64,000 bases of DNA, from assembly GCA_964057225.1 (NCBI GenBank), contig OZ059899.1, positions 10,788,001-10,852,000 on the forward strand, given 5' to 3'. This document shows positions 14,005-27,616 of this stretch, piece by piece. The notes under the pieces were generated by a model. It did not search any database, was not told the DNA's origin, and worked only from the letters and a program-made list of their open reading frames with translations. How positions within the stretch are numbered: position 1 is the first letter of the stretch; every line of letters begins with the position of its first letter. A program made the translations under genes and the position numbers. This stretch comes from Auanema rhodensis (lineage: Eukaryota > Animalia > Nematoda).

Positions 14005-14596
14005 TACGAAAGTTCGAAATAACAAAACGCTGATTTTAGGAAACGTGAATGAATGCAGATATTCTCAATTCCGATTCATTAACTAGATCGTGGTCAGCAT
14101 TTTACAACATTGATAAAATAGAAACTGAGAAAAAAACATCAACAAATGACACTATTAACTTGGTTTTTTGAACAGCTTTTTTATATTTCTTTTTTCACTA
14201 TGAGAGAACTTATATTTATTGCTTTTTCAAAATTTTCCATTTTTAACATTATACATCTTGACTATCACACATTGAGAACAACAGTTGGCAATGTTGGTTG
14301 TCACGTCATATTTCATGCAGTTAGATTTTCAGACACATTAATACCTTTGACCATTCTTCTTATGAGTTTTGTAACGATAGATCGTAATAGGAAATGAATT
14401 GCTATAATATGAAAAAATAGAAGACATAGTCAACATTGATTTCTCCAAATAGTATCATGTTTGCTTGTTATTCAATTAGAACACTTATTTTTTGATTGTT
14501 TTCTTGAAATATTCTTTTTTTTCTTCAACAAAGTTATGACTGAGATCAAAATTTGAACTTACTTTTGAACAACTAAACAGAAATTTAAAAAATATT

Positions 14597-14670
14597 TGCC
14601 GCCAGCAGGGGTCGAACCTGCGACCTTGGGCTTATTAGACCCACGCTCTAACCGACTGAGCTATGGCGGC
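14597..14670 (-). tRNA. tRNA-Ile(AAT)
   Basis: Same as 6605 copy. Confidence 0.96.
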
Positions 14671-15262
14671 TACGAAAGTACGAAATAACAAAGCGCTGAT
14701 TTTAGGAAATGTGAATGAATGCAGATATTCTCAATTCCGATTCATTAACTAGATCGTGGTCAGCATTTTACAACATTGATAAAATAGAAACTGAGAAAAA
14801 AACATCAACAAATGACACTATTAACTTGGTTTTTTGAACAGCTTTTTTATATTTCTTTTTTCACTATGAGAGAACTTATATATATTGCTTTTTCAAAATT
14901 TTCCATTTTTAACATTATACATCTTGTTTATCACACATTGAGAACAACAGTTGGCAATGTTGGTTGTCACGTCATATTTCATGCAGTTAGATTTTCAGAC
15001 ACATTAATACCTTTTACCATTCTTTTTATGAGTTTTGTAACGATAGATCGTAATAGGAAATGAATTGCTATAATATGAAAAAATACAAGACATAGTCAAC
15101 ATTGATTTCCCCAAATAGTATCATGTTTGCTTGTTATTCAATTAGAACACTTATTTTTTGATTGTTTTCTTGAAATATTCTTTTTTTTCTTTAACAAAGT
15201 TATGACTGAGATCAAAATTTGAACTTACTTTTGAACAATTAAACAGAAATTTAAAAAATATT

Positions 15263-15336
15263 TGCCGCCAGCAGGGGTCGAACCTGCGACCTTGGGCTTA
15301 TTAGACCCACGCTCTAACCGACTGAGCTATGGCGGC
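15263..15336 (-). tRNA. tRNA-Ile(AAT)
   Basis: Same as 6605 copy. Confidence 0.96.
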
Positions 15337-15928
15337 TACGAAAGTACGAAGTAACAAAGCGCTGATTATAGGAAACGTGAATGAATGCAGATATTCTCAA
15401 TTCCGATTCATTAACTAGATCGTGGTCAGCATTTTACAACATTGATAAAATAGAAACTGAGAAAAAAACATCAACAAATGACACTATTAACTTGGTTTTT
15501 TGAACAGCTTTTTTATATTTCTTTTTTCACTATGAGAGAACTTATATTTATTGCTTTTTCAAAATTTTCCATTTTTAACATTATACATCTTGACTATCAC
15601 ACATTGAGAACAACAGTTGGCAATGTTGGTTGTCACGTCATATTTCATGCAGTTAGATTTTCAGACACATTAATACCTTTAACCATTCTTCTTATGAGTT
15701 TTGTAACGATAGATCGTAATAGGAAATGAATTGCTATAATATGAAAAAATAGAAGACATAGTCAACATTGATTTCTCCAAATAGTATCATGTTTGCTTGT
15801 TATTCAATTAGAACACTTATTTTTTGATTGTTTTCTTGAAATATTCTTTTTTTTCTTTAACAAAGTTATGACTGAGATCAAAACTTGAACTTACTTTTGA
15901 ACAATTAAACAGAAATTTAAAAAATATT

Positions 15929-16002
15929 TGCCGCCAGCAGGGGTCGAATCTGCGACCTTGGGCTTATTAGACCCACGCTCTAACCGACTGAGCTATGGCG
16001 GC
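15929..16002 (-). tRNA. tRNA-Ile(AAT), G53A variant
   Basis: gtcgaatctgcg. Confidence 0.85.
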
Positions 16003-16594
16003 TACAAAAGTACGAAATAACAAAGCGCTGATTATAGGAAACGTGAATGAATGCAGATATTCTCAATTCCGATTCATTAACTAGATCGTGGTCAGCATTT
16101 TACAACATTGATAAAATAGAAACTGAGAAAAAAACATCAACAAATGACACTATTAACTTGGTTTTTTGAACAGCTTTTTTATATTTCTTTTTTCACTATG
16201 AGAGAACTTATATTTATTGCTTTTTCAAAATTTTCCATTTTTAACATTATACATCTTGACTATCACACATTGAGAACAACAGTTGGCAATGTTGGTTGTC
16301 ACGTCATATTTCATGCAGTTAGATTTTCAGACACATTAATACCTTTAACCATTCTTCTTATGAGTTTTGTAACGATAGATCGTAATAGGAAATGAATTGC
16401 TATAATATGAAAAAATAGAAGACATAGTCAACATTGATTTCTCCAAATAGTATCATGTTTGCTTGTTATTCAATTAGAACACTTATTTTTTGATTGTTTT
16501 CTTGAAATATTCTTTTTTTTCTTCAACAAAGTTATGACTGAGATCAAAATTTGAACTTACTTTTGAACAATTAAACAGAAATTTAAAAAATATT

Positions 16595-16668
16595 TGCCGC
16601 CAGCAGGGGTCGAACCTGCGACCTTGGGCTTATTAGACCCACGCTCTAACCGACTGAGCTATGGCGGC
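16595..16668 (-). tRNA. tRNA-Ile(AAT)
   Basis: Same as 6605 copy. Confidence 0.96.
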
Positions 16669-17260
16669 TACGAAAGTACGAAATAACAAAACGCTGATTT
16701 TAGGAAACGTGAATGAATGCAGATATTCTCAATTCCGATTCATTAACTAGATCGTGGTCAGCATTTTACAACATTGATAAAATAGAAACTGAGAAAAAAA
16801 CATCAACAAATGACACTATTAACTTGGTTTTTTGAACAGCTTTTTTATATTTCTTTTTTCACTATGAGAGAACTTATATTTATTGCTTTTTCAAAATTTT
16901 CCATTTTTAACATTATACATCTTGACTATCACACATTGAGAACAACAGTTGGCAATGTTGGTTGTCACGTCATATTTCATGCAGTTAGATTTTCAGACAC
17001 ATTAATACCTTTGACCATTCTTCTTATGAGTTTTGTAACGATAGATCGTAATAGGAAATGAATTGCTATAATATGAAAAAATACAAGACATAGTCAACAT
17101 TGATTTCTCCAAATAGTATCATGTTTGCTTGTTATTCAATTAGAACACTTATTTTTTGATTGTTTTCTTGAAATATTCTTTTTTTTCTTCAACAAAGTTA
17201 TGACTGAGATCAAAATTTGAACTTACTTTTGAACAACTAAACAGAAATTTAAAAAATATT

Positions 17261-17334
17261 TGCCGCCAGCAGGGGTCGAACCTGCGACCTTGGGCTTATT
17301 AGACCCGCGCTCTAACCGACTGAGCTATGGCGGC
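17261..17334 (-). tRNA. tRNA-Ile(AAT), T27C anticodon-stem variant
   Basis: agacccgcgc instead of agacccacgc (C27-A43 mismatch). Confidence 0.88.
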
Positions 17335-17926
17335 TACGAAAGTACGAAATAACAAAGCGCTGATTTTAGGAAATGTGAATGAATGCAGATATTCTCAATT
17401 CCGATTCATTAACTAGATCGTGGTCAGCATTTTACAACATTGATAAAATAGAAACTGAGAAAAAAACATCAACAAATGACACTATTAACTTGGTTTTTTG
17501 AACAGCTTTTTTATATTTCTTTTTTCACTATGAGAGAACTTATATATATTGCTTTTTCAAAATTTTCCATTTTTAACATTATACATCTTGTTTATCACAC
17601 ATTGAGAACAACAGTTGGCAATGTTGGTTGTTACGTCATATTTCATGCAGTTAGATTTTCAGACACATTAATACCTTTAACCATTCTTCTTATGAGTTTT
17701 GTAACGATAGATCGTAATAGGAAATGAATTGCTATAATATGAAAAAATAGAAGACATAGTCAACATTGATTTCTCCAAATAGTATCATGTTTGCTTGTTA
17801 TTCAATTAGAACACTTATTTTTTGATTGTTTTCTTGAAATATTCTTTTTTTTCTTCAACAAAGTTATGACTGAGATCAAAATTTGAACTTACTTTTGAAC
17901 AACTAAACAGAAATTTAAAAAATATT

Positions 17927-18000
17927 TGCCGCCAGCAGGGGTCGAACCTGCGACCTTGGGCTTATTAGACCCACGCTCTAACCGACTGAGCTATGGCGGC
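17927..18000 (-). tRNA. tRNA-Ile(AAT)
   Basis: Same as 6605 copy. Confidence 0.96.
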
Positions 18001-18592
18001 TACGAAAGTACGAAATAACAAAGCGCTGATTTTAGGAAATGTGAATGAATGCAGATATTCTCAATTCCGATTCATTAACTAGATCGTGATCAGCATTTTA
18101 CAACATTGATAAAATAGAAACTGAGAAAAAAACATCAACAAATGACACTATTAACTTGGTTTTTTGAACAGCTTTTTTATATTTCTTTTTTCACTATGAG
18201 AGAACTTATATATATTGCTTTTTCAAAATTTTCCATTTTTAACATTATACATCTTGTTTATCACACATTGAGAACAACAGTTGGCAATGTTGGTTGTCAC
18301 GTCATATTTCATGCAGTTAGATTTTCAGACACATTAATACCTTTTACCATTCTTTTTATGAGTTTTGTAACGATAGATCGTAATAGGAAATGAATTGCTA
18401 TAATATGAAAAAATACAAGACATAGTCAACATTGATTTCTCCAAATAGTATCATGTTTGCTTGTTATTCAATTAGAACACTTATTTTTTGATTGTTTTCT
18501 TGAAATATTCTTTTTTTTCTTTAACAAAGTTATGACTGAGATCAAAATTTGAACTTACTTTTGAACAATTAAACAGAAATTTAAAAAATATT

Positions 18593-18666
18593 TGCCGCCA
18601 GCAGGGGTCGAACCTGCGACCTTGGGCTTATTAGACCCACGCTCTAACCGACTGAGCTATGGCGGC
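18593..18666 (-). tRNA. tRNA-Ile(AAT)
   Basis: Same as 6605 copy. Confidence 0.96.
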
Positions 18667-19258
18667 TACGAAAGTACGAAGTAACAAAGCGCTGATTATA
18701 GGAAACGTGAATGAATGCAGATATTCTCAATTCCGATTCATTAACTAGATCGTGGTCAGCATTTTACAACATTGATAAAATAGAAACTGAGAAAAAAACA
18801 TCAACAAATGACACTATTAACTTGGTTTTTTGAACAGCTTTTTTATATTTCTTTTTTCACTATGAGAGAACTTATATTTATTGCTTTTTCAAAATTTTCC
18901 ATTTTTAACATTATACATCTTGACTATCACACATTGAGAACAACAGTTGGCAATGTTGGTTGTCACGTCATATTTCATGCAGTTAGATTTTCAGACACAT
19001 TAATACCTTTAACCATTCTTCTTATGAGTTTTGTAACGATAGATCGTAATAGGAAATGAATTGCTATAATATGAAAAAATAGAAGACATAGTCAACATTG
19101 ATTTCTCCAAATAGTATCATGTTTGCTTGTTATTCAATTAGAACACTTATTTTTTGATTGTTTTCTTGAAATATTCTTTTTTTTCTTTAACAAAGTTATG
19201 ACTGAGATCAAAACTTGAACTTACTTTTGAACAATTAAACAGAAATTTAAAAAATATT

Positions 19259-19332
19259 TGCCGCCAGCAGGGGTCGAATCTGCGACCTTGGGCTTATTAG
19301 ACCCACGCTCTAACCGACTGAGCTATGGCGGC
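19259..19332 (-). tRNA. tRNA-Ile(AAT), G53A variant
   Basis: gtcgaatctgcg. Confidence 0.85.
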
Positions 19333-19924
19333 TACAAAAGTACGAAATAACAAAGCGCTGATTATAGGAAACGTGAATGAATGCAGATATTCTCAATTCC
19401 GATTCATTAACTAGATCGTGGTCAGCATTTTACAACATTGATAAAATAGAAACTGAGAAAAAAACATCAACAAATGACACTATTAACTTGGTTTTTTGAA
19501 CAGCTTTTTTATATTTCTTTTTTCACTATGAGAGAACTTATATTTATTGCTTTTTCAAAATTTTCCATTTTTAACATTATACATCTTGACTATCACACAT
19601 TGAGAACAACAGTTGGCAATGTTGGTTGTCACGTCATATTTCATGCAGTTAGATTTTCAGACACATTAATACCTTTAACCATTCTTCTTATGAGTTTTGT
19701 AACGATAGATCGTAATAGGAAATGAATTGCTATAATATGAAAAAATAGAAGACATAGTCAACATTGATTTCTCCAAATAGTATCATGTTTGCTTGTTATT
19801 CAATTAGAACACTTATTTTTTGATTGTTTTCTTGAAATATTCTTTTTTTTCTTCAACAAAGTTATGACTGAGATCAAAATTTGAACTTACTTTTGAACAA
19901 TTAAACAGAAATTTAAAAAATATT

Positions 19925-19998
19925 TGCCGCCAGCAGGGGTCGAACCTGCGACCTTGGGCTTATTAGACCCACGCTCTAACCGACTGAGCTATGGCGGC
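19925..19998 (-). tRNA. tRNA-Ile(AAT)
   Basis: Same as 6605 copy. Confidence 0.96.
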
Positions 19999-20590
19999 TA
20001 CGAAAGTACGAAATAACAAAACGCTGATTTTAGGAAACGTGAATGAATGCAGATATTCTCAATTCCGATTCATTAACTAGATCGTGGTCAGCATTTTACA
20101 ACATTGATAAAATAGAAACTGAGAAAAAAACATCAACAAATGACACTATTAACTTGGTTTTTTGAACAGCTTTTTTATATTTCTTTTTTCACTATGAGAG
20201 AACTTATATTTATTGCTTTTTCAAAATTTTCCATTTTTAACATTATACATCTTGACTATCACACATTGAGAACAACAGTTGGCAATGTTGGTTGTCACGT
20301 CATATTTCATGCAGTTAGATTTTCAGACACATTAATACCTTTGACCATTCTTCTTATGAGTTTTGTAACGATAGATCGTAATAGGAAATGAATTGCTATA
20401 ATATGAAAAAATACAAGACATAGTCAACATTGATTTCTCCAAATAGTATCATGTTTGCTTGTTATTCAATTAGAACACTTATTTTTTGATTGTTTTCTTG
20501 AAATATTCTTTTTTTTCTTCAACAAAGTTATGACTGAGATCAAAATTTGAACTTACTTTTGAACAACTAAACAGAAATTTAAAAAATATT

Positions 20591-20664
20591 TGCCGCCAGC
20601 AGGGGTCGAACCTGCGACCTTGGGCTTATTAGACCCACGCTCTAACCGACTGAGCTATGGCGGC
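20591..20664 (-). tRNA. tRNA-Ile(AAT)
   Basis: Same as 6605 copy. Confidence 0.96.
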
Positions 20665-21256
20665 TACGAAAGTACGAAATAACAAAGCGCTGATTTTAGG
20701 AAATGTGAATGAATGCAGATATTCTCAATTCCGATTCATTAACTAGATCGTGGTCAGCATTTTACAACATTGATAAAATAGAAACTGAGAAAAAAACATC
20801 AACAAATGACACTATTAACTTGGTTTTTTGAACAGCTTTTTTATATTTCTTTTTTCACTATGAGAGAACTTATATATATTGCTTTTTCAAAATTTTCCAT
20901 TTTTAACATTATACATCTTGTTTATCACACATTGAGAACAACAGTTGGCAATGTTGGTTGTTACGTCATATTTCATGCAGTTAGATTTTCAGACACATTA
21001 ATACCTTTAACCATTCTTCTTATGAGTTTTGTAACGATAGATCGTAATAGGAAATGAATTGCTATAATATGAAAAAATAGAAGACATAGTCAACATTGAT
21101 TTCTCCAAATAGTATCATGTTTGCTTGTTATTCAATTAGAACACTTATTTTTTGATTGTTTTCTTGAAATATTCTTTTTTTTCTTCAACAAAGTTATGAC
21201 TGAGATCAAAATTTGAACTTACTTTTGAACAACTAAACAGAAATTTAAAAAATATT

Positions 21257-21330
21257 TGCCGCCAGCAGGGGTCGAACCTGCGACCTTGGGCTTATTAGAC
21301 CCACGCTCTAACCGACTGAGCTATGGCGGC
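21257..21330 (-). tRNA. tRNA-Ile(AAT)
   Basis: Same as 6605 copy. Confidence 0.96.
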
Positions 21331-21922
21331 TACGAAAGTACGAAATAACAAAGCGCTGATTTTAGGAAATGTGAATGAATGCAGATATTCTCAATTCCGA
21401 TTCATTAACTAGATCGTGATCAGCATTTTACAACATTGATAAAATAGAAACTGAGAAAAAAACATCAACAAATGACACTATTAACTTGGTTTTTTGAACA
21501 GCTTTTTTATATTTCTTTTTTCACTATGAGAGAACTTATATATATTGCTTTTTCAAAATTTTCCATTTTTAACATTATACATCTTGTTTATCACACATTG
21601 AGAACAACAGTTGGCAATGTTGGTTGTCACGTCATATTTCATGCAGTTAGATTTTCAGACACATTAATACCTTTTACCATTCTTTTTATGAGTTTTGTAA
21701 CGATAGATCGTAATAGGAAATGAATTGCTATAATATGAAAAAATACAAGACATAGTCAACATTGATTTCCCCAAATAGTATCATGTTTGCTTGTTATTCA
21801 ATTAGAACACTTATTTTTTGATTGTTTTCTTGAAATATTCTTTTTTTTCTTTAACAAAGTTATGACTGAGATCAAAATTTGAACTTACTTTTGAACAATT
21901 AAACAGAAATTTAAAAAATATT

Positions 21923-21996
21923 TGCCGCCAGCAGGGGTCGAACCTGCGACCTTGGGCTTATTAGACCCACGCTCTAACCGACTGAGCTATGGCGGC
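21923..21996 (-). tRNA. tRNA-Ile(AAT)
   Basis: Same as 6605 copy. Confidence 0.96.
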
Positions 21997-22588
21997 TACG
22001 AAAGTACGAAGTAACAAAGCGCTGATTATAGGAAACGTGAATGAATGCAGATATTCTCAATTCCGATTCATTAACTAGATCGTGGTCAGCATTTTACAAC
22101 ATTGATAAAATAGAAACTGAGAAAAAAACATCAACAAATGACACTATTAACTTGGTTTTTTGAACAGCTTTTTTATATTTCTTTTTTCACTATGAGAGAA
22201 CTTATATTTATTGCTTTTTCAAAATTTTCCATTTTTAACATTATACATCTTGACTATCACACATTGAGAACAACAGTTGGCAATGTTGGTTGTCACGTCA
22301 TATTTCATGCAGTTAGATTTTCAGACACATTAATACCTTTAACCATTCTTCTTATGAGTTTTGTAACGATAGATCGTAATAGGAAATGAATTGCTATAAT
22401 ATGAAAAAATAGAAGACATAGTCAACATTGATTTCTCCAAATAGTATCATGTTTGCTTGTTATTCAATTAGAACACTTATTTTTTGATTGTTTTCTTGAA
22501 ATATTCTTTTTTTTCTTTAACAAAGTTATGACTGAGATCAAAACTTGAACTTACTTTTGAACAATTAAACAGAAATTTAAAAAATATT

Positions 22589-22662
22589 TGCCGCCAGCAG
22601 GGGTCGAATCTGCGACCTTGGGCTTATTAGACCCACGCTCTAACCGACTGAGCTATGGCGGC
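22589..22662 (-). tRNA. tRNA-Ile(AAT), G53A variant
   Basis: gtcgaatctgcg. Confidence 0.85.
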
Positions 22663-23254
22663 TACAAAAGTACGAAATAACAAAGCGCTGATTATAGGAA
22701 ACGTGAATGAATGCAGATATTCTCAATTCCGATTCATTAACTAGATCGTGGTCAGCATTTTACAACATTGATAAAATAGAAACTGAGAAAAAAACATCAA
22801 CAAATGACACTATTAACTTGGTTTTTTGAACAGCTTTTTTATATTTCTTTTTTCACTATGAGAGAACTTATATTTATTGCTTTTTCAAAATTTTCCATTT
22901 TTAACATTATACATCTTGACTATCACACATTGAGAACAACAGTTGGCAATGTTGGTTGTCACGTCATATTTCATGCAGTTAGATTTTCAGACACATTAAT
23001 ACCTTTAACCATTCTTCTTATGAGTTTTGTAACGATAGATCGTAATAGGAAATGAATTGCTATAATATGAAAAAATAGAAGACATAGTCAACATTGATTT
23101 CTCCAAATAGTATCATGTTTGCTTGTTATTCAATTAGAACACTTATTTTTTGATTGTTTTCTTGAAATATTCTTTTTTTTCTTCAACAAAGTTATGACTG
23201 AGATCAAAATTTGAACTTACTTTTGAACAATTAAACAGAAATTTAAAAAATATT

Positions 23255-23328
23255 TGCCGCCAGCAGGGGTCGAACCTGCGACCTTGGGCTTATTAGACCC
23301 ACGCTCTAACCGACTGAGCTATGGCGGC
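23255..23328 (-). tRNA. tRNA-Ile(AAT)
   Basis: Same as 6605 copy. Confidence 0.96.
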
Positions 23329-23662
23329 TACGAAAGTACGAAATAACAAAGCGCTGATTTTAGGAAACGTGAATGAATGCAGATATTCTCAATTCCGATT
23401 CATTAACTAGATCGTGGTCAGCATTTTACAACATTGATAAAATAGAAACTGAGAAAAAAACATCAACAAATGACACTATTAACTTGGTTTTTTGAACAGC
23501 TTTTTTATATTTCTTTTTTCACTATGAGAGAACTTATATGTATTGCTTTTTCAAAATTTTCCATTTTTAACATTATACATCTTGACTATCACACATTGAG
23601 AACAACAGTTGGCAATGTTGGTTGTTACGTCATATTTCATGCAGTTAGATTTTCAGACACAT

Positions 23663-24043
23663 CGTTACATATGGTTTCTTCCCGTCTTTTCATGGTCGGA
23701 AGATATATGTACTTCTACCTTGTTCCTTAGGTAGGCAGACCCGAACGCTTCGATTTCCTTATTAAGACAAATACTTAACGAGAAAAGAATTCATTATCAG
23801 ATAACAAGAAAATACAATATAAGAATTACATTAAGAAAGAATATAAAGAGATATAATAAAGTATTAAATAGAGTATATATATAGATGATATAGAGATGAG
23901 ACTCACATGGCTATAAGACAACCTATCTGGGTTAGGCCAGAAGCAAGAGTGCCATGTGTGTCCCATGTTGTGGGCGGGGCTTGTTCAGGCTCCCGCTATT
24001 TGAATAGCGCGCACATGTTTACCATGTGCTTGCAGATGTGACA
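23663..24043 (-). mobile_element. Solo LTR of family A (381 bp) with 4-bp TSD ACAT
   Basis: Near-identical to LTRs at 27617 and 45264; flanked by acat at 23659-23662 and 24044-24047; array period is shifted by exactly 385 bp. Confidence 0.96.
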
Positions 24044-24305
24044 ACATTAATACCTTTAACCATTCTTGTTATGAGTTTTGTAACGATAGATCGTAATAGG
24101 AAATGAATTGCTATAATATGAAAAAATAGAAGACATAGTCAACATTGATTTCTCCAAATAGTATCATGTTTGCTTGTTATTCAATTAGAACACTTATTTT
24201 TTGATTGTTTTCTTGAAATATTCTTTTTTTTCTTTAACAAAGTTATGACTGAGATCAAAATTTGAACTTACTTTTTAACAATTAAACAGAAATTTAAAAA
24301 ATATT

Positions 24306-24379
24306 TGCCGCCAGCAGGGGTCGAACCTGCGACCTTGGGCTTATTAGACCCACGCTCTAACCGACTGAGCTATGGCGGC
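24306..24379 (-). tRNA. tRNA-Ile(AAT)
   Basis: Same as 6605 copy. Confidence 0.96.
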
Positions 24380-24971
24380 TACGAAAGTACGAAATAACAA
24401 AGCGCTGATTTTAGGAAATGTGAATGAATGCAGATATTCTCAATTCCGATTCATTAACTAGATCGTGGTCAGCATTTTACAACATTGATAAAATGGAAAC
24501 TGAGAAAAAAACATCAACAAATGACACTATTAACTTGGTTTTTTGAACAGCTTTTTTATATTTCTTTTTTCACTATGAGAGAACTTATATATATTGCTTT
24601 TTCAATATTTTCCATTTTTAACATTATACATCTTGTTTATCACACATTGAGAACAACAGTTGGCAATGTTGGTTGTCACGTCATATTTCATGCAGTTAGA
24701 TTTTCAGACACATTAATACCTTTTACCATTCTTTTTATGAGTTTTGTAACGATAGATCGTAATAGGAAATGAATTGCTATAATATGAAAAAATACAAGAC
24801 ATAGTCAACATTGATTTCCCCAAATAGTATCATGTTTGCTTGTTATTCAATTAGAACACTTATTTTTTGATTGTTTTCTTGAAATATTCTTTTTTTTCTT
24901 TAACAAAGTTATGACTGAGATCAAAATTTGAACTTACTTTTGAACAATTAAACAGAATTTTAAAAAATATT

Positions 24972-25045
24972 TGCCGCCAGCAGGGGTCGAACCTGCGACC
25001 TTGGGCTTATTAGACCCACGCTCTAACCGACTGAGCTATGGCGGC
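24972..25045 (-). tRNA. tRNA-Ile(AAT)
   Basis: Same as 6605 copy. Confidence 0.96.
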
Positions 25046-25636
25046 TACGAAAGTACGAAGTAACAAAGCGCTGATTATAGGAAACGTGAATGAATGCAGA
25101 TATTCTCAATTCCGATTCATTAACTAGATCGTGGTCAGCATTTTACAACATTGATAAAATAGAAACCGAGAAAAAAACATCAACAAATGACACTATTAAC
25201 TTGGTTTTTTGAACAGCTTTTTTATATTTATTTTTTCACTATGAGAGAACTTATATTTATTGCTTTTTCAAAATTTTCCATTTTTAACATTATACATCTT
25301 GACTATCACACATTGAGAACAACAGTTGGCAATGTTGGTTGTCACGTCATATTTCATGCAGTTAGATTTTCAGACACATTAATACCTTTAACCATTCTTC
25401 TTAAGAGTTTTGTGACGATAGATCGTAATAGGAAATGAATTGCTATAATATGGAAAAATAGAAGACATAGTCAACATTGATTTCTCCAAATAGTATCATG
25501 TTTGCTTGTTATTCAATTAGAACACTTTTTTTTGATTGTTTTCTTGAAATATTCTTTTTTTTCTTTAACAAAGTTATGACTGAGATCAAAATTTGAACTT
25601 ACTTTTGAACAATTAAACAGAAATTTAAAAAATATT

Positions 25637-25710
25637 TGCCGCCAGCAGGGGTCGAATCTGCGACCTTGGGCTTATTAGACCCACGCTCTAACCGACTGAG
25701 CTATGGCGGC
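25637..25710 (-). tRNA. tRNA-Ile(AAT), G53A variant
   Basis: gtcgaatctg. Confidence 0.85.
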
Positions 25711-26302
25711 TACGAAAGTACAAAATAACAAAGCGCTGATTATAGGAAACGTGAATGAATGCAGATATTCTCAATTCCGATTCATTAACTAGATCGTGGT
25801 CAGCATTTTACAACATTGATAAAATAGAAACTGAGAAAAAAACATCAACAAATGACACTATTAACTTGGTTTTTTGAACAGCTTTTTTATATTTCTTTTT
25901 TCACTATGAGAGAACTTATATATATTGCTTTTTCAATATTTTCCATTTTTAACATTATACATCTTGTTTATCACACATTGAGAACAACAGTTGGCAATGT
26001 TGGTTGTCACGTCATATTTCATGCAGTTAGATTTTCAGACACATTAATACCTTTTACCATTCTTTTTATGAGTTTTGTAACGATAGATCGTAATAGGAAA
26101 TGAATTGCTATAATATGAAAAAATACAAGACATAGTCAACATTGATTTCCCCAAATAGTATCATGTTTGCTTGTTATTCAATTAGAACACTTATTTTTTG
26201 ATTGTTTTCTTGAAATATTCTTTTTTTTCTTTAACAAAGTTATGACTGAGATCAAAATTTGAACTTACTTTTGAACAATTAAACAGAATTTTAAAAAATA
26301 TT

Positions 26303-26376
26303 TGCCGCCAGCAGGGGTCGAACCTGCGACCTTGGGCTTATTAGACCCACGCTCTAACCGACTGAGCTATGGCGGC
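26303..26376 (-). tRNA. tRNA-Ile(AAT)
   Basis: Same as 6605 copy. Confidence 0.96.
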
Positions 26377-26967
26377 TACGAAAGTACGAAGTAACAAAGC
26401 GCTGATTATAGGAAACGTGAATGAATGCAGATATTCTCAATTCCGATTCATTAACTAGATCGTGGTCAGCATTTTACAACATTGATAAAATAGAAACTGA
26501 GAAAAAAACATCAACAAATGACACTATTAACTTGGTTTTTTGAACAGCTTTTTTATATTTCTTTTTTCACTATGAGAGAACTTATATTTATTGCTTTTTC
26601 AAAATTTTCCATTTTTAACATTATACATCTTGACTATCACACATTGAGAACAACAGTTGGCAATGTTGGTTGTCACGTCATATTTCATGCAGTTAGATTT
26701 TCAGACACATTAATACCTTTAACCATTCTTCTTAAGAGTTTTGTAACGATAGATCGTAATAGGAAATGAATTGCTATAATATGAAAAAATAGAAGACATA
26801 GTCAACATTGATTTCTCCAAATAGTATCATGTTTGCTTGTTATTCAATTAGAACACTTTTTTTTGATTGTTTTCTTGAAATATTCTTTTTTTTCTTTAAC
26901 AAAGTTATGACTGAGATCAAAATTTGAACTTACTTTTGAACAATTAAACAGAAATTTAAAAAATATT

Positions 26968-27041
26968 TGCCGCCAGCAGGGGTCGAATCTGCGACCTTGG
27001 GCTTATTAGACCCACGCTCTAACCGACTGAGCTATGGCGGC
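26968..27041 (-). tRNA. tRNA-Ile(AAT), G53A variant
   Basis: ggtcgaatct. Confidence 0.85.
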
Positions 27042-27321
27042 TACGAAAGTACGAAATAACAAAGCGCTGATTATAGGAAACGTGAATGAATGCAGATATT
27101 CTCAATTCCGATTCATTAACTAGATCGTGGTCAGCATTTTACAACATTGATAAAATAGAAACTGAGAAAAAAACATCAACAAATGACACTATTAACTTGG
27201 TTTTTTGAACAGCTTTTTTGATTGTTTTCTTGAAATATTTTTTTTTTCTTTAACAAAGTTATGACTGAGATCAAAATTTGAACTTACTTTTGAACAATTA
27301 AACAGAAATTTAAAAAATATT

Positions 27322-27395
27322 TGCCGCCAGCAGGGGTCGAACCTGCGACCTTGGGCTTATTAGACCCACGCTCTAACCGACTGAGCTATGGCGGC
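27322..27395 (-). tRNA. tRNA-Ile(AAT)
   Basis: Same as 6605 copy; only 354 bp from the previous copy. Confidence 0.95.
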
Positions 27396-27616
27396 TACGA
27401 AAATACGAAATAACAAAGCGCTGATTATAGGAAACGTGAATGAATGCAGATATTCTCAATTCCGATTCATTAACTAGATCGTGGTCAGCATTTTACAACA
27501 TTGATAAAATAGAAACTGAGAAAAAAACATCAACAAATGACACTATTAACTTGGTTTTTTGAACAGCTTTTTTATATTTCTTTTTTCACTATGAGAGAAC
27601 TTATATTTATTGCTTT

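Larger units (their letters stand above)
6435..27616. repeat. tRNA-Ile gene tandem array, left block (666-bp unit, 32 tRNA copies, interrupted by a solo LTR)
   Basis: Exact 666-bp period for 26 units (83-aa ORF starts at 6820+666n), then 665-666 bp units and one shortened unit. Confidence 0.98.

Noticed and set aside
6435-27616. CRISPR array or Entamoeba-type tRNA-STR array
   Set aside because: Spacers are near-identical rather than unique, there are no cas genes, and there are no short tandem repeats in the spacers
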